64,000 nucleotides of DNA from Gammaproteobacteria bacterium TMED112 (GCA_002170245.2 NHFN02000017.1:153461-217460), one strand, 5' to 3'. Shown: positions 1-10,450, counted from the first letter of the stretch. The notes: generated by a model not told the origin, from the letters alone. Translations and numbers: made by a program.

Positions 1-224
1 TCCAATGATTCCTCTTTCAAAGTATCATCGTCGTAATCAAATAGAACAGTAATGTAAGCTGCGCCTAGCCCTACATCACTCATAATTACTTTGTTGTCCA
101 TTTGTTGACTGTTTTCAGTTAAATCAACTGTCTTAGTTTCTTGTACGTCAACTTTTTCAATAGGCGTTGATGAACAAGCAAAAATTATAAAAATCGAAAA
201 AAGTGAAATTAATATATTTTTCAT
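1..224 (-). CDS. pal: Peptidoglycan-associated lipoprotein Pal (OmpA family), runs off window edge
   Basis: Hand translation from ATG at 224: MKNILISLFSIFIIFACSST...TVLFDYDDDTL; lipobox FAC, start of OmpA-like domain, directly after tolB. Confidence 0.85.
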   Translation of the reverse strand, partial: MKNILISLFSIFIIFACSSTPIEKVDVQETKTVDLTENSQQMDNKVIMSDVGLGAAYITVLFDYDDDTLKEESL

Positions 225-226
225 AA

Positions 227-1480
227 TTACCTTAAAAATGGTGACCAAGCTGGTTCTTTTAATTCTCCATATAAAGCTGGAAGTTTAAAACTTACCTTAC
301 TACTAATATTAACACCAGCAAGATACGATAAATTTCCGTCTTTTGTGGAATAGATTATAACATTGCCATTAGGTGCTATGCATGGACTTTCATCATTTTT
401 AGTTGAAGTGAGAATTTCTAAGTCTCTGGAGCTTAAATGTAATTTAGCAATATTGAAGTCAGTCTTTGACCTGTGCACAAAAATTATTTCATTTTTATCA
501 AGATATGAAGCCCTGGCATTATAATTGCCTTCAGTTGTAAGTCTTCTTTTGAGTTTTGATCTTACATTTATTTCATAAATTTGAGGACTGGCAGATCTAT
601 CTGAGGTAAAAATTATATTTTTTCCATCAGGAGACCAAGCTGGTTCAGTATCAATAGCTAGATTTTCAGTTAATCGCGTAATTTTTTTTGACTCCAAATT
701 TATGGTATAAATCTCTGAATTGCCGTCTTTTGTACTAGTAAAAGCCAAATCTTTGTTATCAGGTGACCATGCTGGTGAGCTTACAGAAGATTTAGAGCTC
801 AAGACTAAATTCCTTTTCCCAGTTGCTAGATTTTGAGTAAAAACTTGTGCTCGATTATTTTCAAATGAAACATAAGCGATTTTTTTTGCATCTGTAGACC
901 ATGCTGGTGATATTATCGAATTGTTTGACTTTAAAAGAACCTGTTCGTTAAAACCATCTGCATCACTAATAATTAGTTTGTGAGTATCTCCGTTTCTAGT
1001 AACATACATGAGCTTTGTTGATGAAATACCTTCAATACCGTAAAAATATTTATATATTCCATCCGAAACATAATGGCTTGACTGCCTTAAACTATCTGGC
1101 AACCCTAAAACTCTTCTTTTATCCTCAGTTTCGTTATAACTAATATCAAAAATTGAGTAAGCGATATCTAGATTATTGTCTTTATTTTGAACTTCTACAA
1201 AAATTATTGAATCTACATCCATCAACAACCAGTCTCTTTGAATAACTTCACTTTCATTTATAGGAATACTTAATAATTCATCCATACCTAAGACTTTAAA
1301 TTCTCCTGTTCTTTTTAGATCATTTGAAATTACATTGATAATTTCTTGGCCAGCAAGAGAATTATCATTTTTTTCTAAAATAGCAATTTTTATTGGCTTG
1401 CTTGCACTTTCAGTTATTTCAAGAACAAGATCAGCCTTGAATTCAAAAGCTAAGAGCAATAAAAAAATTATTCGTTTCAT
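227..1480 (-). CDS. tolB: Tol-Pal beta-propeller protein TolB
   Basis: Signal peptide, repeated SPAWSPD/EPAWSPDG (PD40) motifs, tol operon position. Confidence 0.95.
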   Translation of the reverse strand: MKRIIFLLLLAFEFKADLVLEITESASKPIKIAILEKNDNSLAGQEIINVISNDLKRTGEFKVLGMDELLSIPINESEVIQRDWLLMDVDSIIFVEVQNKDNNLDIAYSIFDISYNETEDKRRVLGLPDSLRQSSHYVSDGIYKYFYGIEGISSTKLMYVTRNGDTHKLIISDADGFNEQVLLKSNNSIISPAWSTDAKKIAYVSFENNRAQVFTQNLATGKRNLVLSSKSSVSSPAWSPDNKDLAFTSTKDGNSEIYTINLESKKITRLTENLAIDTEPAWSPDGKNIIFTSDRSASPQIYEINVRSKLKRRLTTEGNYNARASYLDKNEIIFVHRSKTDFNIAKLHLSSRDLEILTSTKNDESPCIAPNGNVIIYSTKDGNLSYLAGVNISSKVSFKLPALYGELKEPAWSPFLR

Positions 1481-2064
1481 TCTGGTTTAAACCTTACAGT
1501 AAAATTTGAGAAATATGCCTGAAAGGTTTGATCATCCAAATTTCTGACATATTTAATTTGCTTGTACTTTCTAATGGCATTCAGTGCTGCTCGATCGAAT
1601 GCTTTGTCTCCACTTGTTTTTTTCATTTCAATATTTTCAATGATTCCTAATCTATTTATGCTCAGATTAAAATCTGTAAACATATCTGCTTTTGCGCTGT
1701 TTGGCCTAATCCAGAGTGCTTCTATATCTTTGATCACTTTATAACTTATTTGTTCAATAACATCAGCATTATCTGAAACTCTTTTTTCCATCTCTTCTTC
1801 TTTTAAATACTCTTCAAAATTTTCTATTTCGTTAGGTTTATTTGTATTTAGTTCCTTGGAATCTTCTTTCCTCAAACTCTTTTCTTGAAGTTTGCTGCTT
1901 TTTCGAACCTCTTCTTTTGCTTGTTGCTCTTCATCCAGAAAATTTACATTTGTAATCTTTCTTGTTGTGTTTTCAACACTTTCAGTTGTGAAAAAAACGT
2001 AACTTAAAAAGATTAGAGCATGCACAATTATCGAAAAAAATAATGCTGATAACCATTTCATCAT
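1477..2064 (-). CDS. tolA: Short TolA (TonB C-terminal family)
   Basis: N-terminal TM with SxxxH (SIIVH), C-terminal SGDKAFDRAALNAI, between tolR and tolB. Confidence 0.8.
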   Translation of the reverse strand: MMKWLSALFFSIIVHALIFLSYVFFTTESVENTTRKITNVNFLDEEQQAKEEVRKSSKLQEKSLRKEDSKELNTNKPNEIENFEEYLKEEEMEKRVSDNADVIEQISYKVIKDIEALWIRPNSAKADMFTDFNLSINRLGIIENIEMKKTSGDKAFDRAALNAIRKYKQIKYVRNLDDQTFQAYFSNFTVRFKPE

Positions 2065-2480
2065 GGTTGCGTTGCTAGTGAAAAATTATTAGCACCATTC
2101 GATTGTAAAGCGCTTAATAATTCAGCTATTGATTGATAAGAGGTATTTTGATCACCTCTAACAATAATTTCTATATCAGGATTTGTTTGTATTATTCTCG
2201 CAAATCGGTCTTCAATGAATCCCAGAGAAACTTGAACATTACTACCGTCTTCTTCGATAAAATATTGTCCATTTTCATTAACATCAATAATAAATGGCTC
2301 AGTGTTATCAAGCTCAATTTCATCTGCTGGAACACTTGGTAAGTTGATATCTAATCCTTGAACTGCTAGTGGTGCCACAACCATGAAAATTACCAATAAA
2401 ACTAACATAATATCTACGTATGGAACTACATTGATTTCGTTAATTGCTTTTGTTGATTTGCTTCTTTTTTTTAGGAGCAT
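2061..2480 (-). CDS. tolR: TolR (ExbD family)
   Basis: EINVVPYVDIMLVLLVIFMV motif. Confidence 0.93.
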   Translation of the reverse strand: MLLKKRSKSTKAINEINVVPYVDIMLVLLVIFMVVAPLAVQGLDINLPSVPADEIELDNTEPFIIDVNENGQYFIEEDGSNVQVSLGFIEDRFARIIQTNPDIEIIVRGDQNTSYQSIAELLSALQSNGANNFSLATQP

Positions 2481-2484
2481 AGTT

Positions 2485-3132
2485 TTATTTTTTATCTATT
2501 TGGATTATCAATTGTTCCGCAAATGCTAGAGTTCCATTAATTAAGTTATCTAGTTTTTTTGAAAATTGGTTATAGGCAATCAGTGCAGGTATTGCTGCTA
2601 ATAAACCTACTGCTGTGGCAACTAACGCCTCAGAAATTCCTGGAGCAACAGAACTTAATGTGAGTTGTGCAGTGGTTGATAGCCCTTGGAATGCATTTAT
2701 AATTCCAATTACTGTTCCTAATAAACCTATGTAAGGTGAACTCGAACTTATCGTGGCTAGTAGTGAGAGGTTTTTTGATAGCCTTTCCTCTTCTCTGTTT
2801 ACAATTACTCTCAAAAGCCTCTCTGTAGATTCAACTTTATTTAAAGATTCGTTTTTATTCATCAAACTGTCATAAACTGAAACAAGTATCAATTCTGACG
2901 GCTCTAGATCAGTAATATCTTTTTCTTTGAGTGAAAGGTATAAATCCTCAATCTTTTCACCCTCCCAGAACTTGTCCTCTATATCATGTGAAGCATCTGT
3001 TGACCTGGCTAGAGTGAAATATTTTTCAAATATTAGAACCCATGAGGTAATTGAAGCAATTATAAGAATTGCCAGTATTATTTGAACAGGTAGTGAGGCC
3101 TGCAATAAAAGTTCAAGTGCGTCAAAATCCAT
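2485..3132 (-). CDS. tolQ: TolQ (MotA/TolQ/ExbB family)
   Basis: SPYIGLLGTV and VAPGISEALVATAVGL motifs. Confidence 0.95.
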   Translation of the reverse strand: MDFDALELLLQASLPVQIILAILIIASITSWVLIFEKYFTLARSTDASHDIEDKFWEGEKIEDLYLSLKEKDITDLEPSELILVSVYDSLMNKNESLNKVESTERLLRVIVNREEERLSKNLSLLATISSSSPYIGLLGTVIGIINAFQGLSTTAQLTLSSVAPGISEALVATAVGLLAAIPALIAYNQFSKKLDNLINGTLAFAEQLIIQIDKK

Positions 3133-3539
3133 TATTTATGGCCCTCCAAATCGATTTGGTATTTCTTCTTTAGTAAATAAATGAAGCTTTCCCAGTTTAA
3201 ATCTACAAGTTTGCTTGAATCAGATAGTTGCTCATTTAAGTTTTTAAACATGACTCTCACTCTAATAGGTTTATTATCAAATTTATAAACTAAGGCTGGA
3301 AATTCTCCATCACCAATAACACTTAAAACCTGATTCCACCATGCAGCAGCAGGCTCAAAACCTTTTTTATATGCCTTGCACTCAATATTCCATCTTCCTA
3401 ATTTTAAGTCAGGGTGGTTTTTTTCTTGATACTGGTTGAGTATTCTTCTCACTGGTTTAAGAAGATTTAGGTCCTCTTGCAACTTCTTGGCAATTTTTCT
3501 TTCGAAGTCATGCCCTTTTTTTCTTTGATTAATTGTCAT
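3132..3539 (-). CDS. PD-(D/E)xK nuclease, Hjc/phage-type Holliday junction resolvase-like
   Basis: KGHDFERKIAKKL, PDL and IECK motifs; occupies the usual ruvCAB slot between yebC and tolQ. Confidence 0.7.
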   Translation of the reverse strand: MTINQRKKGHDFERKIAKKLQEDLNLLKPVRRILNQYQEKNHPDLKLGRWNIECKAYKKGFEPAAAWWNQVLSVIGDGEFPALVYKFDNKPIRVRVMFKNLNEQLSDSSKLVDLNWESFIYLLKKKYQIDLEGHK

Positions 3540-3541
3540 GT

Positions 3542-4276
3542 TTAAAAAACTGATTCATCTAGATCTGCATTAGTGAAAACATCCTGAACATCATCAAGAT
3601 CTTCAATTGCGTCGGTCAATTTCATATTTTTTTCAGACTGTTCAAAACTTAAAGGAATGTTCGTTTCTGTTTCCATAACTATTTCAGAGGCTTCAACTAT
3701 AAAGTTACCTAACTCTAACTTTTCCTTAAGGTTGGATAATTCTTTCGGCTCACAAACAATTTCGGTCTTACTTCCATTAAGTTCGTTAATATCATTTGCA
3801 CCATTTTCAGCCGCAATATCATAAAGCTTTTCATCAGACATATCTGAATTAACCAATAGCTTTCCTTTTGCTTCAAATAGATATGCGACGCTGCCTGATG
3901 TACCTAGATTTCCACCATATTTTGTGAATGCATGCCTTATTTCTGAAACCGTTCTATTCTTATTATCTGTTAGTGTTTTAATAAAGACCGCTACACCTCC
4001 AGGAGCATACCCCTCATAAATTACTTCCTCTAGATTTTGGCCCTCTTGGCCTCCTGCTCCTCTTTGTATTGCTCTATTGATTGTATCTTTTGTCATATTA
4101 GCAGACAGTGCTTTATCATAAGCAAGTCTTAATCTTGGATTATCTTCTATAATTGGACCACCATCTTTAGCCGCTACAGTAAGTTCTCTAATTATTTTTG
4201 TAAAAACTGCGCCCCTCTTAGCATCTTGTCTTGCTTTTCTATGTTTTATATTTGCCCATTTGGAATGCCCTGCCAT
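3542..4276 (-). CDS. yebC: YebC/PmpR family protein
   Basis: MAGHSKWANIKHRK start, YEGYAPGG, DDVQDVFTN. Confidence 0.97.
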   Translation of the reverse strand: MAGHSKWANIKHRKARQDAKRGAVFTKIIRELTVAAKDGGPIIEDNPRLRLAYDKALSANMTKDTINRAIQRGAGGQEGQNLEEVIYEGYAPGGVAVFIKTLTDNKNRTVSEIRHAFTKYGGNLGTSGSVAYLFEAKGKLLVNSDMSDEKLYDIAAENGANDINELNGSKTEIVCEPKELSNLKEKLELGNFIVEASEIVMETETNIPLSFEQSEKNMKLTDAIEDLDDVQDVFTNADLDESVF

Positions 4277-6036
4277 TAATCCTCCTTTCTAGAAATATGT
4301 AGCTCATCGAGACTTTCATCTGTTACAGATCCAGGTGCTTCAGTTAGCAAGCATAACGCTGATTGAGTCTTAGGAAAGGCTATTACATCTCTTATAGAAT
4401 CTGCTCCCACCATTAACATAGCTAGCCTATCAAGCCCAAATGCGATTCCTCCATGTGGTGGACAACCGGTTGTTAAGGTTTTTAAAAAGAAACCAAATTT
4501 TGTCTGTGCTTCTGCTTCAGATAATCCTAGTAATTGAAAAACTTTTTCCTGAAGAGATTTATTATGAATACGAATAGATCCTCCACCAATTTCCACTCCA
4601 TTTATCACCATGTCATAAGCTTTCGAATTAATTTCTAGAGGGTTTAATTTACCAAGCTTTTCAAGATCTGTTTCGAACGGACATGTGAATGGATGATGCA
4701 AAGAAGTTAAAGATCCATCCGAAGCTTCCTCAAACATTGGAAATTCAGTAATCCAACAAGCTGCAAAATCGCCCTCCAAAAGATCTAAATCATCACCAAG
4801 CTTAGTTATGAGTCTACTCATATAGTCATTCACAATTTTCTCTTTGCCAGCTCCAAAAAATATTAAGTCACCTTTTTTAACATTTAAAGTAGTCATGATA
4901 TTTGTTAAGCATTCTTCAGAAAGATATTTAAGAATCGGCGATGCAAGGTCTGAAACATTATCACCTTCAACTCTTATATAAGCTAAACCTTTAGCTCCAA
5001 ATTCTTTGACAAATTCTGTATATCTGTCGATTTGTCCTCTACCAATTTTATGACCTTCAGGTACTATTAGTGCTGCAATTCTTGAGTTATTGTCGTTTGC
5101 CGGGTCTGAAAAAACTTTGAATTCCTCTTTTTTAAAAATGTTAGATAACTCAATAAGTTGCAGAGGGTTTCTTAGATCGGGTTTATCACATCCATACCTC
5201 TCCATAGCATCGTGCCATTTTAATCTTGGTAGCTTATTAAGTTTTTTATTTAGAATTTTCTTGAATGATTCACTGATCATTTCCTCCGCAAAATTCATCA
5301 CGTCTTGTTCCTCTACAAATGATGCCTCAATATCAATCTGTGAAAACTCTGGTTGTCTATCAGCTCTAAGATCCTCATCTCTAAAACATCTAGCAATCTG
5401 GTAATATCTATCAAAACCAGAAATCATCAACATTTGTTTGAATAATTGTGGTGACTGAGGAAGTGCAAAGAAATTACCCGCACTCGTTCTACTTGGAACT
5501 AGATAATCTCTCGCACCTTCTGGTGTAGCTTTTGTTAATATTGGAGTTTCTATATCCACAAAATTGTTATTCTCTAAATAATCTCTAACAGATTTTGTCA
5601 GGTTGGATTTAAGTCTTAAATTATTTTGCATCTCAGGTCTTCTGAGATCTAAAGTTCTGTTTTTTAATCTTACGTCTTCACCAACTTCTGATGATTGATC
5701 AAGTGGAAATGCAGGTGTCTCTGCTTCATTCAATAATTCAATTGAACTGCATTTAATTTCAATGTCACCCGTTGTTAATTGAGCATTTTGAGAATCTTCA
5801 GGCCTCCCTTCAACTTGCCCGAATGCCTTGATAACATATTCAGACCTAATATCTTCTGCTATCTTGAAAGCTTGTTCATTTTCAGGATTTACAACAACTT
5901 GAACAATCCCAGTACTATCTCTTACATCAAGAAAAATCACACCACCATGATCTCTTCTTCTATGGATCCATCCACAAATAGTTACTTCTTCGTTGAGATT
6001 TTTAATATTTAAATTACCACAATGATGACTTCTCAT
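4276..6036 (-). CDS. aspS: Aspartate-tRNA ligase (possibly non-discriminating Asp/Asn)
   Basis: RRRDHGGVIFLD, ALPQSPQLFKQ, FRDEDLRADRQPEF, PPHGGIAFGLDR. Confidence 0.98.
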   Translation of the reverse strand: MRSHHCGNLNIKNLNEEVTICGWIHRRRDHGGVIFLDVRDSTGIVQVVVNPENEQAFKIAEDIRSEYVIKAFGQVEGRPEDSQNAQLTTGDIEIKCSSIELLNEAETPAFPLDQSSEVGEDVRLKNRTLDLRRPEMQNNLRLKSNLTKSVRDYLENNNFVDIETPILTKATPEGARDYLVPSRTSAGNFFALPQSPQLFKQMLMISGFDRYYQIARCFRDEDLRADRQPEFSQIDIEASFVEEQDVMNFAEEMISESFKKILNKKLNKLPRLKWHDAMERYGCDKPDLRNPLQLIELSNIFKKEEFKVFSDPANDNNSRIAALIVPEGHKIGRGQIDRYTEFVKEFGAKGLAYIRVEGDNVSDLASPILKYLSEECLTNIMTTLNVKKGDLIFFGAGKEKIVNDYMSRLITKLGDDLDLLEGDFAACWITEFPMFEEASDGSLTSLHHPFTCPFETDLEKLGKLNPLEINSKAYDMVINGVEIGGGSIRIHNKSLQEKVFQLLGLSEAEAQTKFGFFLKTLTTGCPPHGGIAFGLDRLAMLMVGADSIRDVIAFPKTQSALCLLTEAPGSVTDESLDELHISRKED

Positions 6037-6056
6037 TTTTTTAAGATCCTTTTTTG

Positions 6057-6287
6057 TTATCTTTTTCTCTCATTATTACTGGATTGAAGGTTTTTTTTGC
6101 CTTTAACTTTAAAATCTATCTAATTCCAACAGCTGCCTTATAATTTAAATTTCGAAGCAGATGGTAATTTTAACACTTTAGTGGATTTGTTACATTTAAT
6201 GCATTCTTTAATAGGTATTTCACTTATTTTTTGAAAAACTTCAAAGTTTGAATTACATACTTCGCAATAATACTATTAAATGGGCAT
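6057..6287 (-). pseudogene. FmdB-family zinc-ribbon gene with four in-frame stops
   Basis: Hand translation: MPI**YYCEVCNSNFEVFQKISEIPIKECIKCNKSTKVLKLPSASKFKL*GSCWN*IDF; matches FmdB pattern MPIYEYxCxxC...CxxC...LKGSGWYETDF; typical position upstream of aspS; AAGGA SD. Confidence 0.85.
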
Positions 6288-6329
6288 AATCCTTACTAAA
6301 TTACCATATAATTAATCCAGGAGATTATA

Positions 6330-7601
6330 GTGTATTTCTCAAAATTATTCGTCCCCACAACAAGGCAAGACCCATCAGATGCTGAACTAATTAGCCATAA
6401 ACTAATGATTAGAAGCGGTATGATTAAAAAATCTGCTGCGGGGATTTATAATTGGCTGCCACTTGGATACAAAGTACTAAAAAAAGTCGAGAATATAGTC
6501 AGAAAAAATCTTGATAGTTTTGGAGCGCAAGAAATATTAATGCCTATGGTTCAACCAGCCGAATTATGGAAAGAGTCACTTAGGTATGATCAGTATGGTA
6601 AGGAGCTTCTAAAGTTTAAAGATAGATCAAATAGAGATTTTGTTTTGGGGCCAACACATGAGGAAATAGTCTGTGAAATTTTTAGAAGCTACCCTATGAG
6701 CTACAAAGAACTGCCAATTAATTTATACCAGATTCAAACAAAATTTAGAGATGAAATTCGCCCAAGATTCGGCATTATGCGATGTAGAGAGTTTTTGATG
6801 AAGGATGCATATAGCTTTGATATCGATAAAAAAGGCATGGAGAGCAGTTATGAGAATATGAAAGAAGCTTATATTAGCACCTTTGACGATGTAGGTTTAG
6901 ATTATAGGATTGTAAAAGCAGATGCAGGCAATATTGGCGGCGATGTAAGTGAGGAATTTCATATTATAGCTGACTCTGGTGAAGATTTATTGGCAATTAG
7001 TAATTCAAGTGATTTTGCTGCAAATGTTGAAGTTTTGGAATATGAGAAAGACCCAAGTGAATTGGATGGAAAGCCCTCACCAGATGGTAAAGGAAAGTTA
7101 ATTATTAAAAGAGGTATTGAAGTCGGCCATATCTTTCAACTCGGACAAAAATATAGTGAAAAGATGTCTGTATCAATTAAAGACTCATCTGGACAAGGCA
7201 TAGATGTTTTTATGGGTTGCTATGGAATAGGTGTATCAAGAATAGTTGCTGCAGCCATTGAACAAAATCACGATGATAGAGGAATAATATGGCCCTATGC
7301 AATCGCTCCCTTTCACGTAAATGTAATCTGTCTCGATCCTAAAAAGGATGAAGTACTAAAGGAGTGTGAAAGTGTTTATCAGATACTTAAAGATGCAGGT
7401 CATGATGTTCTTTTAGACGATAGAGACATGCGCGCTGGTCAAAAATTTACCGATAATGAAATATTAGGAATCCCATACTCTATTGTCATCGGACCAAAGA
7501 ATTTTTCAAATAACAATTTTGAATTTGTAATTAGAAATACAAATGAAAAATTAAATTTAAATATTGATGAAATAAAACAAAGAATGGAGGAAGAAAAATG
7601 A
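6330..7601 (+). CDS. proS: Proline-tRNA ligase lacking the INS editing domain
   Basis: LGPTHEE, KFRDEIRPRFG, GIEVGHIFQLG, MGCYGIGVSR; GTG start with AGGAG SD; only 423 aa. Confidence 0.97.
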   Translation: MYFSKLFVPTTRQDPSDAELISHKLMIRSGMIKKSAAGIYNWLPLGYKVLKKVENIVRKNLDSFGAQEILMPMVQPAELWKESLRYDQYGKELLKFKDRSNRDFVLGPTHEEIVCEIFRSYPMSYKELPINLYQIQTKFRDEIRPRFGIMRCREFLMKDAYSFDIDKKGMESSYENMKEAYISTFDDVGLDYRIVKADAGNIGGDVSEEFHIIADSGEDLLAISNSSDFAANVEVLEYEKDPSELDGKPSPDGKGKLIIKRGIEVGHIFQLGQKYSEKMSVSIKDSSGQGIDVFMGCYGIGVSRIVAAAIEQNHDDRGIIWPYAIAPFHVNVICLDPKKDEVLKECESVYQILKDAGHDVLLDDRDMRAGQKFTDNEILGIPYSIVIGPKNFSNNNFEFVIRNTNEKLNLNIDEIKQRMEEEK

Positions 7602-9463
7602 TTAGATTTTTTACATCAATTGGCGGTTTTTTATTAGGGGCACTTTTGTTTGCTTTTTTACTGACAATTTCATTCAATCCAAATTTTTTTGCAAAAGCAA
7701 TGCTTAAAGATTTTGCAAAAACTATTGCTCAACCAGCTACTAATAGTCTTGATAAATTTCTTGATGAGTCGGTCTTGGAGCCTATTCTCGAGAGCCCACA
7801 AACTTTAACTAGCTTAGGACTTCATCAACTAGACTTCCTTACAAATCATAATGAAAAATTAGATGACTATTCAGTTGAAAAATCTGAATCGGATCATGAA
7901 AAATTTCTTATCTATTATGAAAAATTAAATAATTTTGATGAAACAAAGTTACCTAACTCTGCAAAACTTAACTTAGAAGTTGCAAAATTTGCAGCAAATA
8001 TTGAAAAAAGAGGCTTTGAAAATTTTAGGTATTATATGGGTCCTTTTATCCAATTTTACGGAACACATTTAAGTTTCGTGAATTTTATGACAGATACTCA
8101 TAAATTGGTCTCTGAAAAAGATGCTGAAGATTATATAAAACGTATATCTGAAATTCCAAAAGCAATTGAGCAGCTGATGATATTTGAGAAAAGGAGAGCT
8201 GAGGCTGGTATCTACTCCCCTAAGTTTGTGTATGAAAAGACTTTGTTGCAGCTAACTTCTCTTATTGAAACTCCAACTGACCAACACCCTTTATTTGTAA
8301 GTTTTAAAGATGCATCAGAATCGATGAATTTAGATAATGATAAAGAGGAATACATGTTGCTCAATCTCAAAGATAATATTGAAAAATTTAAATCTTCATA
8401 CGCAAGATTAAAAATTCTTGTAGAAGAAAATTCTAAAAATGCTAGACAATTTGATGGCGTATGGAGCTTGCCTAATGGTGATGATTACTATAAACATCGC
8501 TTACAAATCTTTACTACAACAGATCTGACTGCTGATGAAATTCATAATTTAGGTTTGCAGATGGTTGATGAGATTCAATCAGAAATTAAAAGGATATTAT
8601 CAGAGGAAGGTTATGATACAAATCGGCCATTAGCTGACCTTTTTGTTGAATTGAATAATGATCCTCGATTCTTGTTTGAGGACTCAGATAAAGGCAGAGA
8701 AGCAATTCTCGAAGAGTATAGAAGAATAAATGAAGAAACTTATACGATGCTTCCAGATTATTTTAACGAGTTACCCGAAGCAAAAGTCGTAGTTAAAAGG
8801 GTTCCAATTTTTTCTGAAAAAAGTGCTGCGGGAGGGTATTATCAAGGGTCATCATTAGATGGTTCCAGACCAGCTGCATGGTATGCCAATCTATATGATA
8901 TTAATGCAACACAGACTTTCAAAATGCCTGCACTTTCTTTTCACGAAGCTGTCCCTGGCCATCACTTACAGATAGCTTTGAATCAAGAGAATCAAAATCA
9001 AACTCTTTGGAACAAATTTGGATATAGAACTTCAGCTTTTTCAGAAGGATGGGCATTATATGCTGAGAGATTGGCAGTAGAGGCTGGTTTGATTAAGGAT
9101 CCTTATGAAATGATTGGTTCACTACAATCAGAACTATTTAGAGCAGCAAGATTAGTTGTTGATACAGGCCTTCATTCAAAAGAATGGACTAGAGAAGAAG
9201 CTATTGTTTATATGATGGATAATGCTGGTGAGGTTAGAAGTGAATCTGAATCAGAGATTGAAAGATATATTGTCTGGCCTGCTCAAGCTACTTCTTACAT
9301 GATTGGCAGAATTAAGATTATGGAATTAAGAGAAAGAGCTAAAGCAGAATTAGGAAATAGATTCGATATTAAAGATTTTCATTCAGTTGTTCTAATGAAT
9401 GGAATCTTGCCTCTAACAGTATTAGAGGCTCTCGTTGACCAGTACATTCAAGAAAATAGTTAA
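7598..9463 (+). CDS. DUF885 family protein (metallopeptidase-like), N-terminal membrane anchor or signal
   Basis: [37 protein letters not shown]...[10 protein letters not shown]. Confidence 0.9.
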   Translation: MIRFFTSIGGFLLGALLFAFLLTISFNPNFFAKAMLKDFAKTIAQPATNSLDKFLDESVLEPILESPQTLTSLGLHQLDFLTNHNEKLDDYSVEKSESDHEKFLIYYEKLNNFDETKLPNSAKLNLEVAKFAANIEKRGFENFRYYMGPFIQFYGTHLSFVNFMTDTHKLVSEKDAEDYIKRISEIPKAIEQLMIFEKRRAEAGIYSPKFVYEKTLLQLTSLIETPTDQHPLFVSFKDASESMNLDNDKEEYMLLNLKDNIEKFKSSYARLKILVEENSKNARQFDGVWSLPNGDDYYKHRLQIFTTTDLTADEIHNLGLQMVDEIQSEIKRILSEEGYDTNRPLADLFVELNNDPRFLFEDSDKGREAILEEYRRINEETYTMLPDYFNELPEAKVVVKRVPIFSEKSAAGGYYQGSSLDGSRPAAWYANLYDINATQTFKMPALSFHEAVPGHHLQIALNQENQNQTLWNKFGYRTSAFSEGWALYAERLAVEAGLIKDPYEMIGSLQSELFRAARLVVDTGLHSKEWTREEAIVYMMDNAGEVRSESESEIERYIVWPAQATSYMIGRIKIMELRERAKAELGNRFDIKDFHSVVLMNGILPLTVLEALVDQYIQENS

Positions 9464-10437
9464 TTTGCCAGAACAGAAGCTTCGATTTCTTCAAGAATTT
9501 TTGGGTTTTCCTTTAAGAACTCTGAAGTTTTGGCAATACCTTGGCCAATTTTATCGCCTTTATAACTGTACCAAGCTCCTGCTTTTTCTATAATTCCTTT
9601 TTTCACAGCAAACTCAATTATTTCAGCATTTTTGTTAATACCTTTACCATAAAGAATCTGAAATTCTACGACTTTGAATGGAGGTGCCATCTTATTTTTG
9701 ACGACTTTTACCCTTGTTTCATTCCCTACTACTTCATCTCCATCTTTTATTGCTCCGATTCGTCTTATGTCCAATCTTACACTTGAGTAAAATTTAAGTG
9801 CATTACCACCTGTAGTAGTTTCTGGACTTCCAAACATTACGCCAATTTTCATTCTGATTTGATTAATAAAAATAACCATAGTATTTGATTTTTGAATACT
9901 TCCTGTAATTTTTCTTAGGGCCTGGGACATTAATCTTGCTTGAAGACCAACATGTGAATCACCCATATCACCCTCCAGCTCTGCTCTAGGAACTAATGCT
10001 GCTACACTATCAATAACAATTACATCTAAACTTCCACTTTTGACCAACATATCAGTCACCTCTAGTGCTTGTTCTCCTGTGTCAGGCTGAGATAAAAGTA
10101 GTTCATCAATGTCAACTCCAAGAGCCTTTGCATATTCAGGGTCTAATGCGTGTTCTGCATCAATAAAAGCAGCACTACCGCCGGCTTTCTGACACTCTGC
10201 AATAATTTGAAGTGTTAATGTTGTTTTTCCAGAAGATTCTGGACCATATATCTCAACCACCCTTCCTTTTGGGAGACCACCTATTCCAAGAGCATTATCT
10301 AACCCAAAGGAACCGGTTGGGATAGAGGGAACTTCAACAGTTTCCCTGGTACCTAATTTCATAATTGTTCCTTTACCAAATTGGCTTTCAATTTGTTTTA
10401 GAGCTGTATCGAGCGATTGTTTTTTTGTATCTGCCAT
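9460..10437 (-). CDS. recA: Recombinase RecA
   Basis: [25 protein letters not shown]. Confidence 0.99.
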   Translation of the reverse strand: MADTKKQSLDTALKQIESQFGKGTIMKLGTRETVEVPSIPTGSFGLDNALGIGGLPKGRVVEIYGPESSGKTTLTLQIIAECQKAGGSAAFIDAEHALDPEYAKALGVDIDELLLSQPDTGEQALEVTDMLVKSGSLDVIVIDSVAALVPRAELEGDMGDSHVGLQARLMSQALRKITGSIQKSNTMVIFINQIRMKIGVMFGSPETTTGGNALKFYSSVRLDIRRIGAIKDGDEVVGNETRVKVVKNKMAPPFKVVEFQILYGKGINKNAEIIEFAVKKGIIEKAGAWYSYKGDKIGQGIAKTSEFLKENPKILEEIEASVLAN

Positions 10438-10450
10438 TTTTTTTCCTATG

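Noticed and set aside
3132-3539. Prophage or restriction-modification island around the nuclease gene
   Set aside because: Single gene flush with housekeeping neighbours; no methyltransferase, integrase or structural genes, and no obvious composition shift.
6057-6287. Stop-codon reassignment as an explanation of the fmdB stops
   Set aside because: TAA and TAG end ordinary genes here (TAG ends alr and kdsD), RF1 is intact, and TAA would need to mean both Tyr and Lys.
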